A stretch of 58,712 nt of DNA, taken from positions 1 to 58,712 of the IMG/VR virus record IMGVR_UViG_3300046705_000051; one strand, 5' to 3'. The position numbers and the translations under genes were made by a program. Shown here piece after piece: positions 26,748 through 37,572 of this stretch. The stretch is from a virus. Lineage: Duplodnaviria > Caudoviricetes. The notes beneath the pieces are model-generated. The model was given only the letters and a program-made list of their open reading frames with translations, did not search any database and was not told the origin of the DNA. The first letter of the stretch is position 1; each line of letters starts with the position of its first letter.

Positions 26748-29700
26748 GACTCGATCTGCCGTACACGCTCATCCGCCGCCTGTGGGTCCGCGTCGTCGTG
26801 CGCCAGCGGCTGGCCCGCATAGCGCAGGGGATGTGGCCATGAGCAACAAGGATCTGGCGTACCTGCTCATCGTCGCCACTGCCGCGGGCGTGCTGGCGTA
26901 CTTCGCCGTCCGGGCGTTGATCGGCGGCGGGTCATGAAGGCGCTGCGTTGGGCCGCGTTGAACGGTGCAATCGCAGGGCTTGCCGCATACGGCGTGCTGG
27001 CCGATGTCGCGTGGGCGCGCAACCTCTCGGTGTTTGCCATCTGGCTGGCGCTCGCCATGTCCGTGTTCCTGTTCCTCGCCTTGACGCTTGTCCTTGTGCG
27101 CATGGAGGCCGGTGACGATGTGCCGATGGAGGGCATGATCGAGGATCTGCCCAAGGGCCACAGCGTGCCGACATGGGTGTCCGTTTCCTTCGATGTGTGC
27201 TTCGTTGTTTTCCTCGTCGCCTTCGGCTGGTTCGCAACAGCCGCCGCGTGGATCGTCTGCGACGTTCTGACCCGCGCGGTACTCCGCATCGCGAAGGATA
27301 TCCGGCGCGTACATGAGACGCGGTTGCAGGAGGCGCTGCGATGAGGATCTACGACGACCGCCAGACCTGTTCGGAATGCCGCGACTACATGGACCAGGCC
27401 GCGCTCGACCGTCTGCCGCGCGACGCCTTCGTTCACCGATCCGGGCCGCTGGTTTGCACGGGCTGCGTGTGTGCGCGTGCGCTGGCCGAAACGCGAGCGA
27501 TTGCGATTGCGGGGCAAGGATGAACGCACTGGACCGGATCATCGCTGCCATCGAATCGCGCGCCGACAACCACGAAGCACGGGCGACGGATGAAGTGTTC
27601 GAGGAACGCCGACGCCTGACCAGCATGGCCGCCGAGCTGCGGTGGGCCAGCGCGATGATCCAGCAGGAAATGGAGAAGGCGCGGCGAACGGTGAGGCAAG
27701 CATGAGCACGCAAGCGCCAGCACGGACAGCCGCCGAGATCGCGTTCCAGTGCCGGGTCAACCGGATAGTCGACGCATGGGTGAGCCGGCGCATGAGAGAG
27801 CCCATGGGTTGGTCGTGGCGGATGGAGCATCCGGGATACTGGTCGGACGTGATGTGGGAGGCTGTTGCCGGCCAGACTGGTCGTGCCACGGACCCGCCGC
27901 CTGATGCTGCCATGCGCGCCGCCGTCATTGCAGAGATAGACGCAATCGTCAACAGTCTGGAAAGACGGAGGTCCGCGTGAACGACGTACTGATTGCGATT
28001 CGCGAGTACCTGAGCGGTGCCGGCGATGCCGGGCTGCGGCGGGTGATTGACGCACCGGCTGCGCGGTGGGTGAATGCCTACCGGGACTGGGACGGCGGTT
28101 GCACGCGGTGCCTCGTCGGGCACGTGCTCGACCTGACACCGAAAAACGGGTTGTTTCCGACGCGGGGCGAGGAGGAAAACGCCGCCGACACGGCCATCTG
28201 CCGACTCGTTGGTCCCGACGAGCCGTTCCCGCCCGCTCTCGTGTCGAACATCCACGCGATTGCGAGCGAGATCCTGACCGCCCGCGCGCTGTCCCGTATG
28301 GACGGCCCGCGGGAAGCCGTGGGAGCCTGAGCGATGACAGGCGCATACGTACGAATCCGGCGCGATGGCGAGTGGCAGAACGTCGAGTTCGACGAGCTGA
28401 CCGACGCCGAGATGGAGGCATTCGCAGAGCGCGACCCGGAATCCGGCTGGAAGTGGGCCAAGTTCTTCGCGCGCTTCATCCGCGACAACGTCGTCGTGAG
28501 CGAACCGGAGGCGACCGATGCCTCCTGAACCGATGCAGCCGCTCTGGGCGCAAGTCGCGCCCGGCATAGCCGGGCTCGCGGTCGGCGGGTTCGCGGCGCT
28601 GCTGTATCCGACCGTGCGCGATTCCGTGCGACGCAGATTGCAGCCGGTCCGCGAGCATCGGCTGTCCGGAATTAGTTGGGTACGCGCGCTCAAGCGGGCG
28701 GTGCGGCTATGAGCGCGTGGACGTACAACCCGGACACGGGCCAAGTAGACGAGCCGGGCGGCACTGTCGTTCAGCCGGGCGCGATCTCGTGGCAGCCGCA
28801 TGGTGTGCTGATTGCCTCCGCGCCTGTCCTCGCCGCGATATGCGTCCGACTCACGGAACGGCTGGAGTACCTCGTCGACGAAGGTCGGTGCGGCCTGCAC
28901 TCCGAGCTTGAGGGCGAGTGCATCGACTTGACTCGTGCCGCGCGCAAGGTGCTGGCCCGCGCGGAGGGCCGCTAGATGACCGTCGCCGTCTGCGCGATCT
29001 GTCTGGAGCCGCTGACCACGGGCGGCGCAGTGACGCCGGTCCACGCCGCGTGTCTCGCGTGTCAGCATCCGGCAGCCAAGCAGCGGGTTCTGGAGGTCGC
29101 GCATCGATGGGACCACGGGAAGCCTATGCCCGTCGTCGTGGAATGCGTTTGCACGGTCGAAGGCTGCGGCTTCCACACGACTATCACGGACGAACCAAAC
29201 GGCACGGATGCCCCGAATCAAAAGGGAGATGACCATGCCGAATAATCGCTATACCGCGTCCAACTTCAAGCGATTTCGCCGCGAGATGTTCGACCTTGCG
29301 GTCAGCCTTCGGGATGCCGCACCCGAGGCGGTCAAGCGGATCTACCCGCGCAAGGCGCGCGCGTACCTGCCGTACATCGGCGCGAACGCATTGTCACGGG
29401 CGCGGAAAAAGGACGGCACCGGTGGTCCGTTCGGCGCACTGCCAGCCTGGTTGGCGCCACTGACGCCTGACGAGCTGGCCGCCGCGCGTGCTCACGTGGA
29501 CGCCGTATTCGACCGGATCGAGGCTGAGAAGTGCGCCGCACCGCTGTGTCTGCATTCGGCCATGCGCGCGCAACAGGAGGCCGACAGTGCGGAGGATGTC
29601 GAGGAAACGGCGGCGCACCTGAGCGGCGATTATCGCGCGTGGGTGGTAGCGGTCGAGCGACAGATAGCTGCGGCGCGGGTTGCGGTGGTCGCTGCGGCGA

Positions 29701-30030
29701 AACACGAGCACGGGAGGCGGGCATGAACGCGGTCGGAATCTTCCTCATTGCGACCAGCATCACCATCAACGCGACCGCGTTTGTGCTCGCTGTCCTCGTG
29801 GTGCGCAACGGCCGGGCGATCGAGCGACGGTTGGCTGCGTTGAAACACGAGCACGCGAGGAAGCCATGACACTCCCTGCCATTGCCATCACCAGCGCAGC
29901 CGCAGTGCTGCTAGTCGTCGTGGCCGTGCGTGCGGTACGCAACGCTCTGGACGCTGACGAGCCGCTGGTGCCGCCGCTGACGGACGCGGAGCGGGAAGCT
30001 GCCGCCGAACGGATATGGAGGTCACGATGA
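26744..30030 (+). other. Run of small coupled early ORFs: 26744-26842, 26839-26937, 26934-27344 (TM), 27341-27523, 27520-27705, 27702-27980, 27977-28330, 28334-28528, 28518-28712, 28709-28975, 28976-29245, 29235-29726, 29723-29869, 29866-30030
   Basis: Nearly continuous tiling with ATGA/GTGA overlaps and RBSs; functions unrecognised. Confidence 0.65.
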
Positions 30031-30094
30031 GACGCATGATCGCAGCAGGTCGCTGGCGTGGCGAGCGCCGGGTGACGCGCACCGGGAGGCCAAC

Positions 30095-30730
30095 GTGAGC
30101 AAAGCGTTTCCGACGTACCACAAAATCCAGTCGGTATTCATGCGTGATCCTGCGACACGGCATCGCACGTTCCTGATGGGCGAGTACGCAGATCCGGCGT
30201 TCGGGTACCTGGCGGATGCTGACTGGCAATGGACCGAGAAAATCGACGGCACGAACATCCGCCTGTTTTGGGATGGGCAGTCGGTTACTATCGGTGGCCG
30301 AACCGACGCGGCGCAGATCCCGGCGTTTCTGCTGAATCGCCTCAACGAAATAGAGCCGTCGATCCGGGCGGTGTTCGATGGCGTCGACGATGTGCTGCTG
30401 TTCGGTGAGGGCTACGGCGCGAAAATCCAGAAGGGCGGCGGGCTTTACAAGCCGGACGGCGTGGACTTCATCCTGTTCGACGTTTGGATCGGCGGCATGG
30501 TGCTGGAGCGGCCGAACGTCGAGGACGTAGCGGCGAAACTGGGCATCGGCAGCGTTCCGTTGGTGGGCCAAGGGACACTGCACGATGCCGTCGAGTTCGT
30601 GCGCGGTGGTTTCGCGTCGCGCATCGGGACGGCTCAAGCCGAAGGCATAGTCATGCGGCCAGCCGTCGAACTGCGCACCCGTCGCGGCGACCGCGTCATT
30701 ACGAAGCTCAAGCACAAGGACTTCACATGA
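30095..30730 (+). CDS. RNA ligase family (Rnl2-like adenylation domain)
   Basis: TEKIDGTN, LFGEGYG, FILFDV, EGIV, ITKLK nucleotidyltransferase motifs. Confidence 0.85.
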   Translation: MSKAFPTYHKIQSVFMRDPATRHRTFLMGEYADPAFGYLADADWQWTEKIDGTNIRLFWDGQSVTIGGRTDAAQIPAFLLNRLNEIEPSIRAVFDGVDDVLLFGEGYGAKIQKGGGLYKPDGVDFILFDVWIGGMVLERPNVEDVAAKLGIGSVPLVGQGTLHDAVEFVRGGFASRIGTAQAEGIVMRPAVELRTRRGDRVITKLKHKDFT

Positions 30731-31011
30731 GCCCGCAGGAAGTGCTCCAACGGGCCGCCGCGCGGATCAACGCGAAGCCGGAGCCCGGTATCGACGCCCG
30801 CGAATGGTGCGACCGCGACTGCACGTGGTTCACGGTCGCGCGGCATCTCGCCGGCCAGATAGTCGAGATCGAGCACGCACCGGAGGCGGCTGCGCCGGGC
30901 TGGTCAGAGATGGTGCATCGCGTGCTCGGGCAGCGGGGACTGTTGCGCGAGGCGGAACTGGCGGCGGATCTGCTGGCAAAGGCGCGTGAGGCGCATGAGG
31001 AGAATCCATGA
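30727..31011 (+). CDS. Hypothetical protein
   Basis: ATGA-coupled at both ends. Confidence 0.55.
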   Translation: MSPQEVLQRAAARINAKPEPGIDAREWCDRDCTWFTVARHLAGQIVEIEHAPEAAAPGWSEMVHRVLGQRGLLREAELAADLLAKAREAHEENP

Positions 31012-31514
31012 GCACGATGCCACTATACGCGATTGCCGATGACCTGATCGACATCCAGGAATTGCTATTCGAGGCGGGCGGCGAACTGACGCCCGAGATC
31101 GAGAGCAAGCTGGATGGCCTGACGGGCGCGTTCGATGACAAGGTCGAGCGGGTCTGCCACGTGATCCAGTCCGAGCTGCGGGCGGGCGAGGCCGCAAAAG
31201 CAGAAGCTCGCAGACTGGAATCGCTGGCCCATGCGCGTAGTCAGGCAGCCGCGAATCTCAAGCGGTACCTGATGCGCGAGATGGTCCGCGTGGATCGGCG
31301 CAAGCTGGACCTGCCTACGTTTCGTGTTCGCGTGCAGGCCAATGGCGGCCGGCCGCGTATCGAATGGACGCGGGGACTCGCGATGTTGCCGACTGAGTAC
31401 CGGCGCGTCGAGATCATGCTGAACTCGGATGCCGCGTATGACCACTGGAAAACGACCGGCTCATTGCCGGACGGATTCCTGGTCGAGCGCGGTCAACATC
31501 TGAGAATATCCTGA
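31008..31514 (+). CDS. Siphovirus Gp157 family protein
   Basis: LYAIADDL...FDDKVE...KAEARRL...NLKRYL...GQHLRI. Confidence 0.85.
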   Translation: MSTMPLYAIADDLIDIQELLFEAGGELTPEIESKLDGLTGAFDDKVERVCHVIQSELRAGEAAKAEARRLESLAHARSQAAANLKRYLMREMVRVDRRKLDLPTFRVRVQANGGRPRIEWTRGLAMLPTEYRRVEIMLNSDAAYDHWKTTGSLPDGFLVERGQHLRIS

Positions 31515-31580
31515 GGAACGTGTCGGCCCAAGAAACGCGCTGAGCGTCGAGCGAGGCCGGCACACACGAGGAGGTACCTG

Positions 31581-32153
31581 ATGGCGATTTACGTATCGGA
31601 AGGCGGCAAGAGTACGATCCCGACACACCCCGCTGACATGTATCCAGCGGCCTGTATCGACATCATTGATCTCGGGCAGGTCAAGACGACATGGGACGGT
31701 AGCACGAAGGTCCAGCACAAGATTGTCGTGCGCTGGTTCTGCGGATTCTACGCAGTGCCGAGCGAGGATGAGGGCGAGGCCGAGCGTGCAATCGTTCAAC
31801 TGACGGCAGAGGAAGCCGCGAAGCATCCGGATGCCATGCCGCTATGGGTGAACCGGCGATTCACGGCAAGTCTGGCAGAGGCCAGCGCGCTCCGACCGTT
31901 CCTCGAGACTTGGCGCGGTCGCGCATTCACGCCGGACGAGCTCAAGCAGTTCGACCTGGAGTCGCTACTCAACGCGCCGGCCTTCATACAGGTATCGCAC
32001 AACACCAGCGGCACGCGGACATACGCGAATGTCGATACATGTGTTCGTTTGCCCAAGGGCATGGAGAAGGTCGAGCCGCCGCCCGGCTACGTGCGAAGCA
32101 AGGACCGCGACGACAAGAACGGCGAGAGCCCTGAAGACGACATGCCGTTCTGA
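31581..32153 (+). CDS. SSB-like / NGO0469-family replication protein
   Basis: AACIDIIDLG, FTASL...LR-x-FLETWRGRAFT, FDLESLL; acidic DDMPF tail. Confidence 0.75.
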   Translation: MAIYVSEGGKSTIPTHPADMYPAACIDIIDLGQVKTTWDGSTKVQHKIVVRWFCGFYAVPSEDEGEAERAIVQLTAEEAAKHPDAMPLWVNRRFTASLAEASALRPFLETWRGRAFTPDELKQFDLESLLNAPAFIQVSHNTSGTRTYANVDTCVRLPKGMEKVEPPPGYVRSKDRDDKNGESPEDDMPF

Positions 32154-33380
32154 TGCGTGAGGAGCAGCCATGCCGGCACAGCGCGGTCGATCCGACCGGC
32201 GTTGCAGGTCCCCGGAAGGCGTACCGCTGTTTCCACTGCGGCGCGGTAGGGCCGGCAGCGGACTCGTACCTGGAAGCGCTGGACGCCTTTCGTGCCGAGT
32301 TCAACCCGCGTGCATTCGACCGTTCCAGCGCTGCCCGCCATCGCGGGAAGCTGGCCGCCGAGCGGTCGCGGGACAACATGCGACGGGAAAGGGCGGGCAG
32401 CGCATGAGCGACCGTGGCGGTTGGAAGCCCTACGCGGTCGGCTGCTGGTACCACGACGAGCATGGGGAGATTGAGCGCATCGGCATGGGCTGGCACTGGT
32501 ATCCGCCCGGTAAGGTATGGCCGCCCGAGCGCGAGGCATACCCGACACTCACGGCTGCGATTGAAGCGGTCCGGAAGATGACGGAGGCCACGTGAGCGAC
32601 GACCGTGAGCGCGTTTTGACGCCGGCAGAGGTCGAGCAATACTGGCGCGACAACGCCGACCGCTGGCGGGAGATCCGCAGACTCGGCCAGTGCGAGCCTG
32701 CGTCACGGATGCCGTATTTGCCGAGCATGGCTGAGGGCAGCGAACGAATGAGGCGCAAGCGCGAAAGGATGCGAAATGGCAAGACTGACTGACGAGCGGG
32801 GGTTGGCGCTGGCCGTGTTCGCGCTGCGCTGTATCCGCATGGGCCGAAACGATGATGTGCCAGCGGCGGACGTGATGCTTGCGGCGGACCGGCTGGGGCT
32901 ACTCAGCCAAGGCGATGCCGAACGTCCGGCCGACTGGCTGCTGGAAGCTGCCGGCCAGCACACACTGACGAACGAGGACGCCGGTGACTGACCACATACT
33001 GGCGCACCGTGACGGCCCGCCGCTGGTGTTCGCCATCATCGTGCTGATGGGCGGCGCATGCCCGAAGTGCGGCCATGGTACGCGGGTCACGTCGGCTCGG
33101 TGGGCTCGATGCAAGGCGTGCGGTCAGCGGATGCGGCGGCGCACGAGCGAGGAAGTCGAGGCACTTATGCGGGAGCGGGACAATGGCGAGTGACGAACTG
33201 TTCGGAACCGAGACCCGCGTGTTCAAGGCGCGGTTCACCGGCACGCTGGAACAGCTCGGCGCCGTGCTCGAGGCCGTGCGCGCTCTGGAGGAGACCGGCG
33301 CGAAGGTTGAGATCCTGGAATGGCACGTCGCGAAGAAGCCGCGCGAGGGCAAGGCGGCGAAGGGTACGGCGAAGCCATGA
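32153..33380 (+). other. Small early ORFs: 32153-32407, 32404-32595, 32592-32792, 32776-32991, 32984-33193, 33183-33380
   Basis: Overlapping tiling; several CxxC motifs. Confidence 0.55.
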
Positions 33381-33949
33381 GCACCACAACTATCAACCTG
33401 CACGCGCTCATCGCGAGCCGGTACACCGACCCGTCGCATTACAAGAGCTACCTGAACGCACCGTTCGCGGTCAACGGTTGGCTGGTCGGAACGGACGGGC
33501 TTGGGATGCTGGCCACACCAGCAGCGCCGGCCGACGCGACCGTGATTCCTGCCCCCGACTTCATTGTTTCGCTGATCGACGACGACCCGTCCGGCGAGGT
33601 CGTGAGTCTCGCGGATCTGCGGACGTGGGCCGGTGATCCGGAGCCGATCGAGGAAGACGAGGATCTCGGAGAGCAGGAGTGCCACGCATGTGGCGAGACG
33701 CACATTTGCATCCAAACGGTACGGCTGCCGTTGCGCCATGGCTGGTTGTTCGGGCAATCACTGGACCGGCGACGGCTGGCGAACCTGCTTGAGAGTCTGC
33801 CGGGCGATGTGGTGCGCGTCCACAGTCAGCGCGGCGAGAAGCCGTTCCGGTTCTTCGGTGACGGCTGGCGCGCGCTGCTGATGCCGACCCGACAGTTGGA
33901 GCCGCTACAGGCGGTCGATGTCCGGTTCCCCGCTGAAGCCAATGACTGA
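33377..33949 (+). CDS. Beta-clamp-like fragment protein with inserted CxxC
   Basis: LVGTDG and ALLMPTR motifs. Confidence 0.45.
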   Translation: MSTTTINLHALIASRYTDPSHYKSYLNAPFAVNGWLVGTDGLGMLATPAAPADATVIPAPDFIVSLIDDDPSGEVVSLADLRTWAGDPEPIEEDEDLGEQECHACGETHICIQTVRLPLRHGWLFGQSLDRRRLANLLESLPGDVVRVHSQRGEKPFRFFGDGWRALLMPTRQLEPLQAVDVRFPAEAND

Positions 33950-34127
33950 CCGTGCAGGCCGGGTGCCCGTAGCTGTCGAAGGGGGACAGTCGAGCCGAGA
34001 CGGTTCGGGGGGCTTAAGGGCGAGACGTTGCGCTCGTCGCCCGGCTGACCGCGTGCAGGCCGGGTGCCCGATACGCTCGGGGGAGCGCGGGCTTAATGCG
34101 CGAGTTGCGGCTCGCCGCCCGGCCGAC
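33946..34127 (+). ncRNA. Tandem pair of three-way-junction RNA motifs
   Basis: GTGCAGGCCGGGTGCCCG...GGGCTTAA..GCGAG...CTCGYCGCCCGGCYGAC occurs twice, with different inserted hairpins. Confidence 0.65.
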
Positions 34128-34147
34128 GCGATTCACAGAGGGCGGGG

Positions 34148-34456
34148 ATGACTGATCTGATCGACATCGACGGCGACATCGGCGAAGGGCCGTTCACGTG
34201 CTGGTGCGGCGCCGAACTGAGTGACGACGACTTGCTCACCATGCTGGACGAGCTACCGCCGACGTGCGGCGGGACCGGAACGATGCATTGCCACTGCGGC
34301 GGCGATCAGTGCGTCTGCCACAACCACGGCGCGGTCCAGTGCGACGGCTGTGAGGACTGTGATCGAGAACGCGAGGACTATGATGACTGGTACTTCGGCC
34401 AGATGCTCGGCACCGATCTGGACGCCACCGAACCGGGGGAGCGATGCCGTGAGTGA
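34148..34456 (+). CDS. Cys-rich small protein
   Basis: CGGTGTMHCHCGGDQCVCHNHGAVQCDGCEDC. Confidence 0.65.
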   Translation: MTDLIDIDGDIGEGPFTCWCGAELSDDDLLTMLDELPPTCGGTGTMHCHCGGDQCVCHNHGAVQCDGCEDCDREREDYDDWYFGQMLGTDLDATEPGERCRE

Positions 34457-34823
34457 CCGTGCCGTGTTGCTGGTATCGACGCCCATCGAGCAAACGCTGG
34501 ACCGACTGAGCGCCAAGGCCGCCGAGTATACGGAGACGATGGGCAAAGAGTCGACGCCGGTCTTGCTGATCCGTTGGTGCGTGTCGGAGATGCGGCTCGG
34601 CATCAAGGCCGCTGAGGAAATGTGGGAAACCTGCGCGGCCACGTCGGACATGACCGGCTGGTCGCAGCCGACGTTGTCGAAGCACGCGGCCGCGATTGCC
34701 GATGGCGAGGACGTGCCGCACGAGTGGGCCGGGATGCAGGCGCGACTTGCTGCGGGTGGTGGCTATCTGATCCGGCCGTCGACGGTGCCGCCGAAGCCAC
34801 CTGCGCGGAAGCGAGCGTCGTAA
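34449..34823 (+). CDS. Hypothetical protein upstream of int (possible directionality factor)
   Basis: HTH-like TSDMTGWSQPTLSKH; stop abuts the int ATG. Confidence 0.45.
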   Translation: MSDRAVLLVSTPIEQTLDRLSAKAAEYTETMGKESTPVLLIRWCVSEMRLGIKAAEEMWETCAATSDMTGWSQPTLSKHAAAIADGEDVPHEWAGMQARLAAGGGYLIRPSTVPPKPPARKRAS

Positions 34824-36098
34824 ATGGGGCGGCGCCGAAAGGACGAATCCCGGTCCGGCCGCTGGTCGATCCAGGTCGGCGAGTACGGCGCGACCGTGCG
34901 GGTCCGTGAGCGCGAGCGTGGCGGCCGGGTGCAGCTCTGCTACTTCGACGTGGGGCTCGGTCGGCGGCGCTACCCCTACGCGGAATCGGTCCAGACGGTC
35001 CGGGACCGGCACGGCCGGGTTGACGCGCGGGCGGTCGAGGTCGTGACGCGCGAGGCGATGGAGCTGAATACGCGGCTGCTGGCCGAACGGCTGGAGGGTA
35101 GCCTGTCCGCGCAACGGCTCACGCTCGCGCAGGGATTCGCCCTGTTCCACGATCCGGACCGCGGGGCCATGCCGGTGAGCGTGAGCGCCCGTCGCCACCA
35201 CACGAACGCCAGACGCTACTGGATGCTGAACGTGCCGGGCGAGCGGCCGTGGAACCAGATCCTGCCGAGCGAGGTCGAGACCGCGACGCTCAAGCTGGCC
35301 CGGACCGGCAAGATCCCGACGGCTGAGAAGTACGTGCGCTGCTTTCGGACCGTGCACCGGTGGCTCCGCGACAAGGCGGGCTACGACACGTTGCGCGACC
35401 CGACGCGCGGGCTGGATCTGCGGCGGGTGCGCGAGGGCCATGAGGTCCGGCGTCCCGTCTACCGGCCGGCCGAGATTGAGGCGCTGATTGCCGTGGCGGC
35501 CGGCGTGGATCGGCGCTTCGAGTTCGCGCTGATCTGGGCCGCGGATTCAGGGGCACGCTCGGCGGCGCTCTACCGGGCGGTACGCAGCCAGGTTGACGAG
35601 CCGCTGGACGTCGCGCCGACGATAGAGCAGGCGCCGTACGGCCATGCGAATCTGGCGGCTCTCAAGGGTCAAGGCCGCGCGCTCACGTTCCTGACACATC
35701 GCCAGCGGGTCGTGTTCGATGCCGCGGTTGCGTCGTATCTGCGGGCGCTGGAGCAACGGTGGCTGGCCGAGCAACGCGACTACCCGCTGATCCCCGGTGG
35801 CCGGTTCCCTGATGGCGGCGTGTTCGGCACGGAGCTGGTGTCGCCCGTCTCGAACAAGATGATGGAGAAGTGGCTGCGGGCCGCCGAGAAGGCCGCCGAT
35901 GTGCCGCATGTGAAGCGCCGGGGCTGGCATGGGATACGCCGCGGCTGGGCCGAGTACACGCTCGACGAAACCGACATCGAGACCGTCCGGGACGCGGGCG
36001 CATGGGCGGACCGTGACGTACCGGACGCGATCTATCTCAAGCGCGAGCACTTCGGTCGGCTGGCCAAGTCGCGGCAGGCGCAGGAGGGGAAGCTGTGA
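34824..36098 (+). CDS. int: Tyrosine recombinase/integrase
   Basis: DSGAR (catalytic R), GWHGIRR (HxxR), GAW, IYL (catalytic Y); basic N-terminal arm-binding-like region. Confidence 0.8.
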   Translation: MGRRRKDESRSGRWSIQVGEYGATVRVRERERGGRVQLCYFDVGLGRRRYPYAESVQTVRDRHGRVDARAVEVVTREAMELNTRLLAERLEGSLSAQRLTLAQGFALFHDPDRGAMPVSVSARRHHTNARRYWMLNVPGERPWNQILPSEVETATLKLARTGKIPTAEKYVRCFRTVHRWLRDKAGYDTLRDPTRGLDLRRVREGHEVRRPVYRPAEIEALIAVAAGVDRRFEFALIWAADSGARSAALYRAVRSQVDEPLDVAPTIEQAPYGHANLAALKGQGRALTFLTHRQRVVFDAAVASYLRALEQRWLAEQRDYPLIPGGRFPDGGVFGTELVSPVSNKMMEKWLRAAEKAADVPHVKRRGWHGIRRGWAEYTLDETDIETVRDAGAWADRDVPDAIYLKREHFGRLAKSRQAQEGKL

Positions 36099-37228
36099 GC
36101 AGCGCCCGCATCCTGCAAGGCGATTGTCGCTGGTACATGCAACGGTTCGGCTGTCATGTGGATGCCATCGTCACCGATCCGCCGTATGAGCTTGGCTTCA
36201 TGGGCAAGGCGTGGGACCGGGCGGGCGTAGCGTTCGACCCGCGCACGTGGAAACTGGCGCTGCAAGTGCTGAAGCCGGGCGGCCGGTTGCTGGCGTTCGG
36301 GGCGCCGCGCACGCATCACCGGATCTGGTGCGCCATCGAGGACGCGGGCTTCGTGATTGAGGATACCGTGTCGTGGCTATTCGGGTCGGGGTTTCCGAAG
36401 CACAAGAGCAAGCTGAAGCCGTTCGCGGAGTTCATCTGCGTTGCTCGCAAGGGTCCGGTTACGGCGCTGAACATCGATGCTGGGAGGATACCGACAAGCG
36501 ACGTGCTGTCTGTCCCGCAGAGCGACCCGCACAGACGGGGACTCGGAGCGGGCGAATACTGCATCTCCACTCGCGATACCGCGAAGATGCACCAAGCGCA
36601 ACAGGCCAGCATCGAACGCACAATGCTCGCCGGCCGGTGGCCTCCGAACGTGGCGATGGACGAGAGCGCTGCCGAAATGCTGGACGCTCAGACGGGGACG
36701 CTGACAAGCGGGACGGGGTCCGTCAAGCGAGCGTCCGCCGCTGAACGCAATGGCAATCGTGGCGCGGCCTACGGTAGAGAGAGTCGGCCGGAGGGCACGC
36801 CTATGATCGAATACGGTGACTCAGGCGGCGCGTCCCGCTTCCTGTACGTCGCGAAGGCGTCACGGGCTGAACGGGAGCGGGGGCTAGCGGGGATGCCGCT
36901 CCATGACGCCGGGAAGTTCGAGGACGACGCCTACGAGTGGGCGACCGATGGGCGTGGGAATCCGCGTGCAGGGCGGACTCGTCTCCGCAACCCGCACCCG
37001 ACCGTGAAGCCCGTAGCCCTCATGCGGTGGCTCGTGAAGCTGGTCACGCAGCCGGGCGACCTCGTGCTGGACCCGTTCGCGGGCAGCGGCACCACGGGCA
37101 TGGCCTGCGTTCTGGAAGGCCGCGAGTTCATCGGGATCGAGCGGGAACCGGAATACGCGGCCATCGCGGAACGCAGGATCGCGAATGCTCTGGGGCCGTT
37201 GTTCGCTGACACGGACGGTGCCGCGTGA
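36095..37228 (+). CDS. DNA methyltransferase (N6/N4, beta class)
   Basis: TDPPY, HPTVKP, VLDPFAGSGTTG. Confidence 0.92.
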   Translation: MSSARILQGDCRWYMQRFGCHVDAIVTDPPYELGFMGKAWDRAGVAFDPRTWKLALQVLKPGGRLLAFGAPRTHHRIWCAIEDAGFVIEDTVSWLFGSGFPKHKSKLKPFAEFICVARKGPVTALNIDAGRIPTSDVLSVPQSDPHRRGLGAGEYCISTRDTAKMHQAQQASIERTMLAGRWPPNVAMDESAAEMLDAQTGTLTSGTGSVKRASAAERNGNRGAAYGRESRPEGTPMIEYGDSGGASRFLYVAKASRAERERGLAGMPLHDAGKFEDDAYEWATDGRGNPRAGRTRLRNPHPTVKPVALMRWLVKLVTQPGDLVLDPFAGSGTTGMACVLEGREFIGIEREPEYAAIAERRIANALGPLFADTDGAA

Positions 37229-37267
37229 CCGCCCTGAAACATCCGTTTCGCGTTTCAATCGGCCCCA

Positions 37268-37482
37268 ATGTCAAACACGATGTCAAACCGGCCTTTGCGC
37301 ATATACGCATGAAGCAACGACTTAGCGCAGTTTGTACGATTCCCGGGGGTGGAACTGTTATTCGGCCCTACACACACGCGCGTAAGGGTTGTTTCGAATC
37401 TAAAACGTCTGCGACCCAACGAAACTATCAGCCGCCTGATTCGGTCGCCATTCGGGGCAAAGGTGTGACCGGATGTCAAACA
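37268..37482. other. Candidate attP region
   Basis: AT-richer segment; ATGTCAAAC at 37268, 37280 and 37473; IHF-like AAGCAACGACTTA at 37312-37324. Confidence 0.55.
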
Positions 37483-37572
37483 GGGTCGGCGGCATGAACA
37501 CCACGGCAGGACCGGCCGCAGGCTGAGGGTCCACGAACGGCAGAGGCGAGCCCATGGAGGGGGCGAGGTAAG

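Noticed and set aside
33946-34127. Mini CRISPR array or HDV-like ribozyme
   Set aside because: Only two units, no cas genes, and the variable parts are self-paired hairpins; HDV P1.1/P4/J4-2 elements were not found.
37294-37321. dif-like Xer site (TTTGCGCATAT...)
   Set aside because: Only the XerC-like arm resembles dif; there is no TTATGTTAAAT-like XerD arm.
37335-37357. tRNA 3'-end att core (ACGATTCCCGGGGGTGGAA)
   Set aside because: Only loosely T-arm-like (no GGTTCG); cannot be assigned without a host search.
37225-37497. 90-aa ORF
   Set aside because: Atypical composition, and it spans the att-like repeats; probably not a functional protein.
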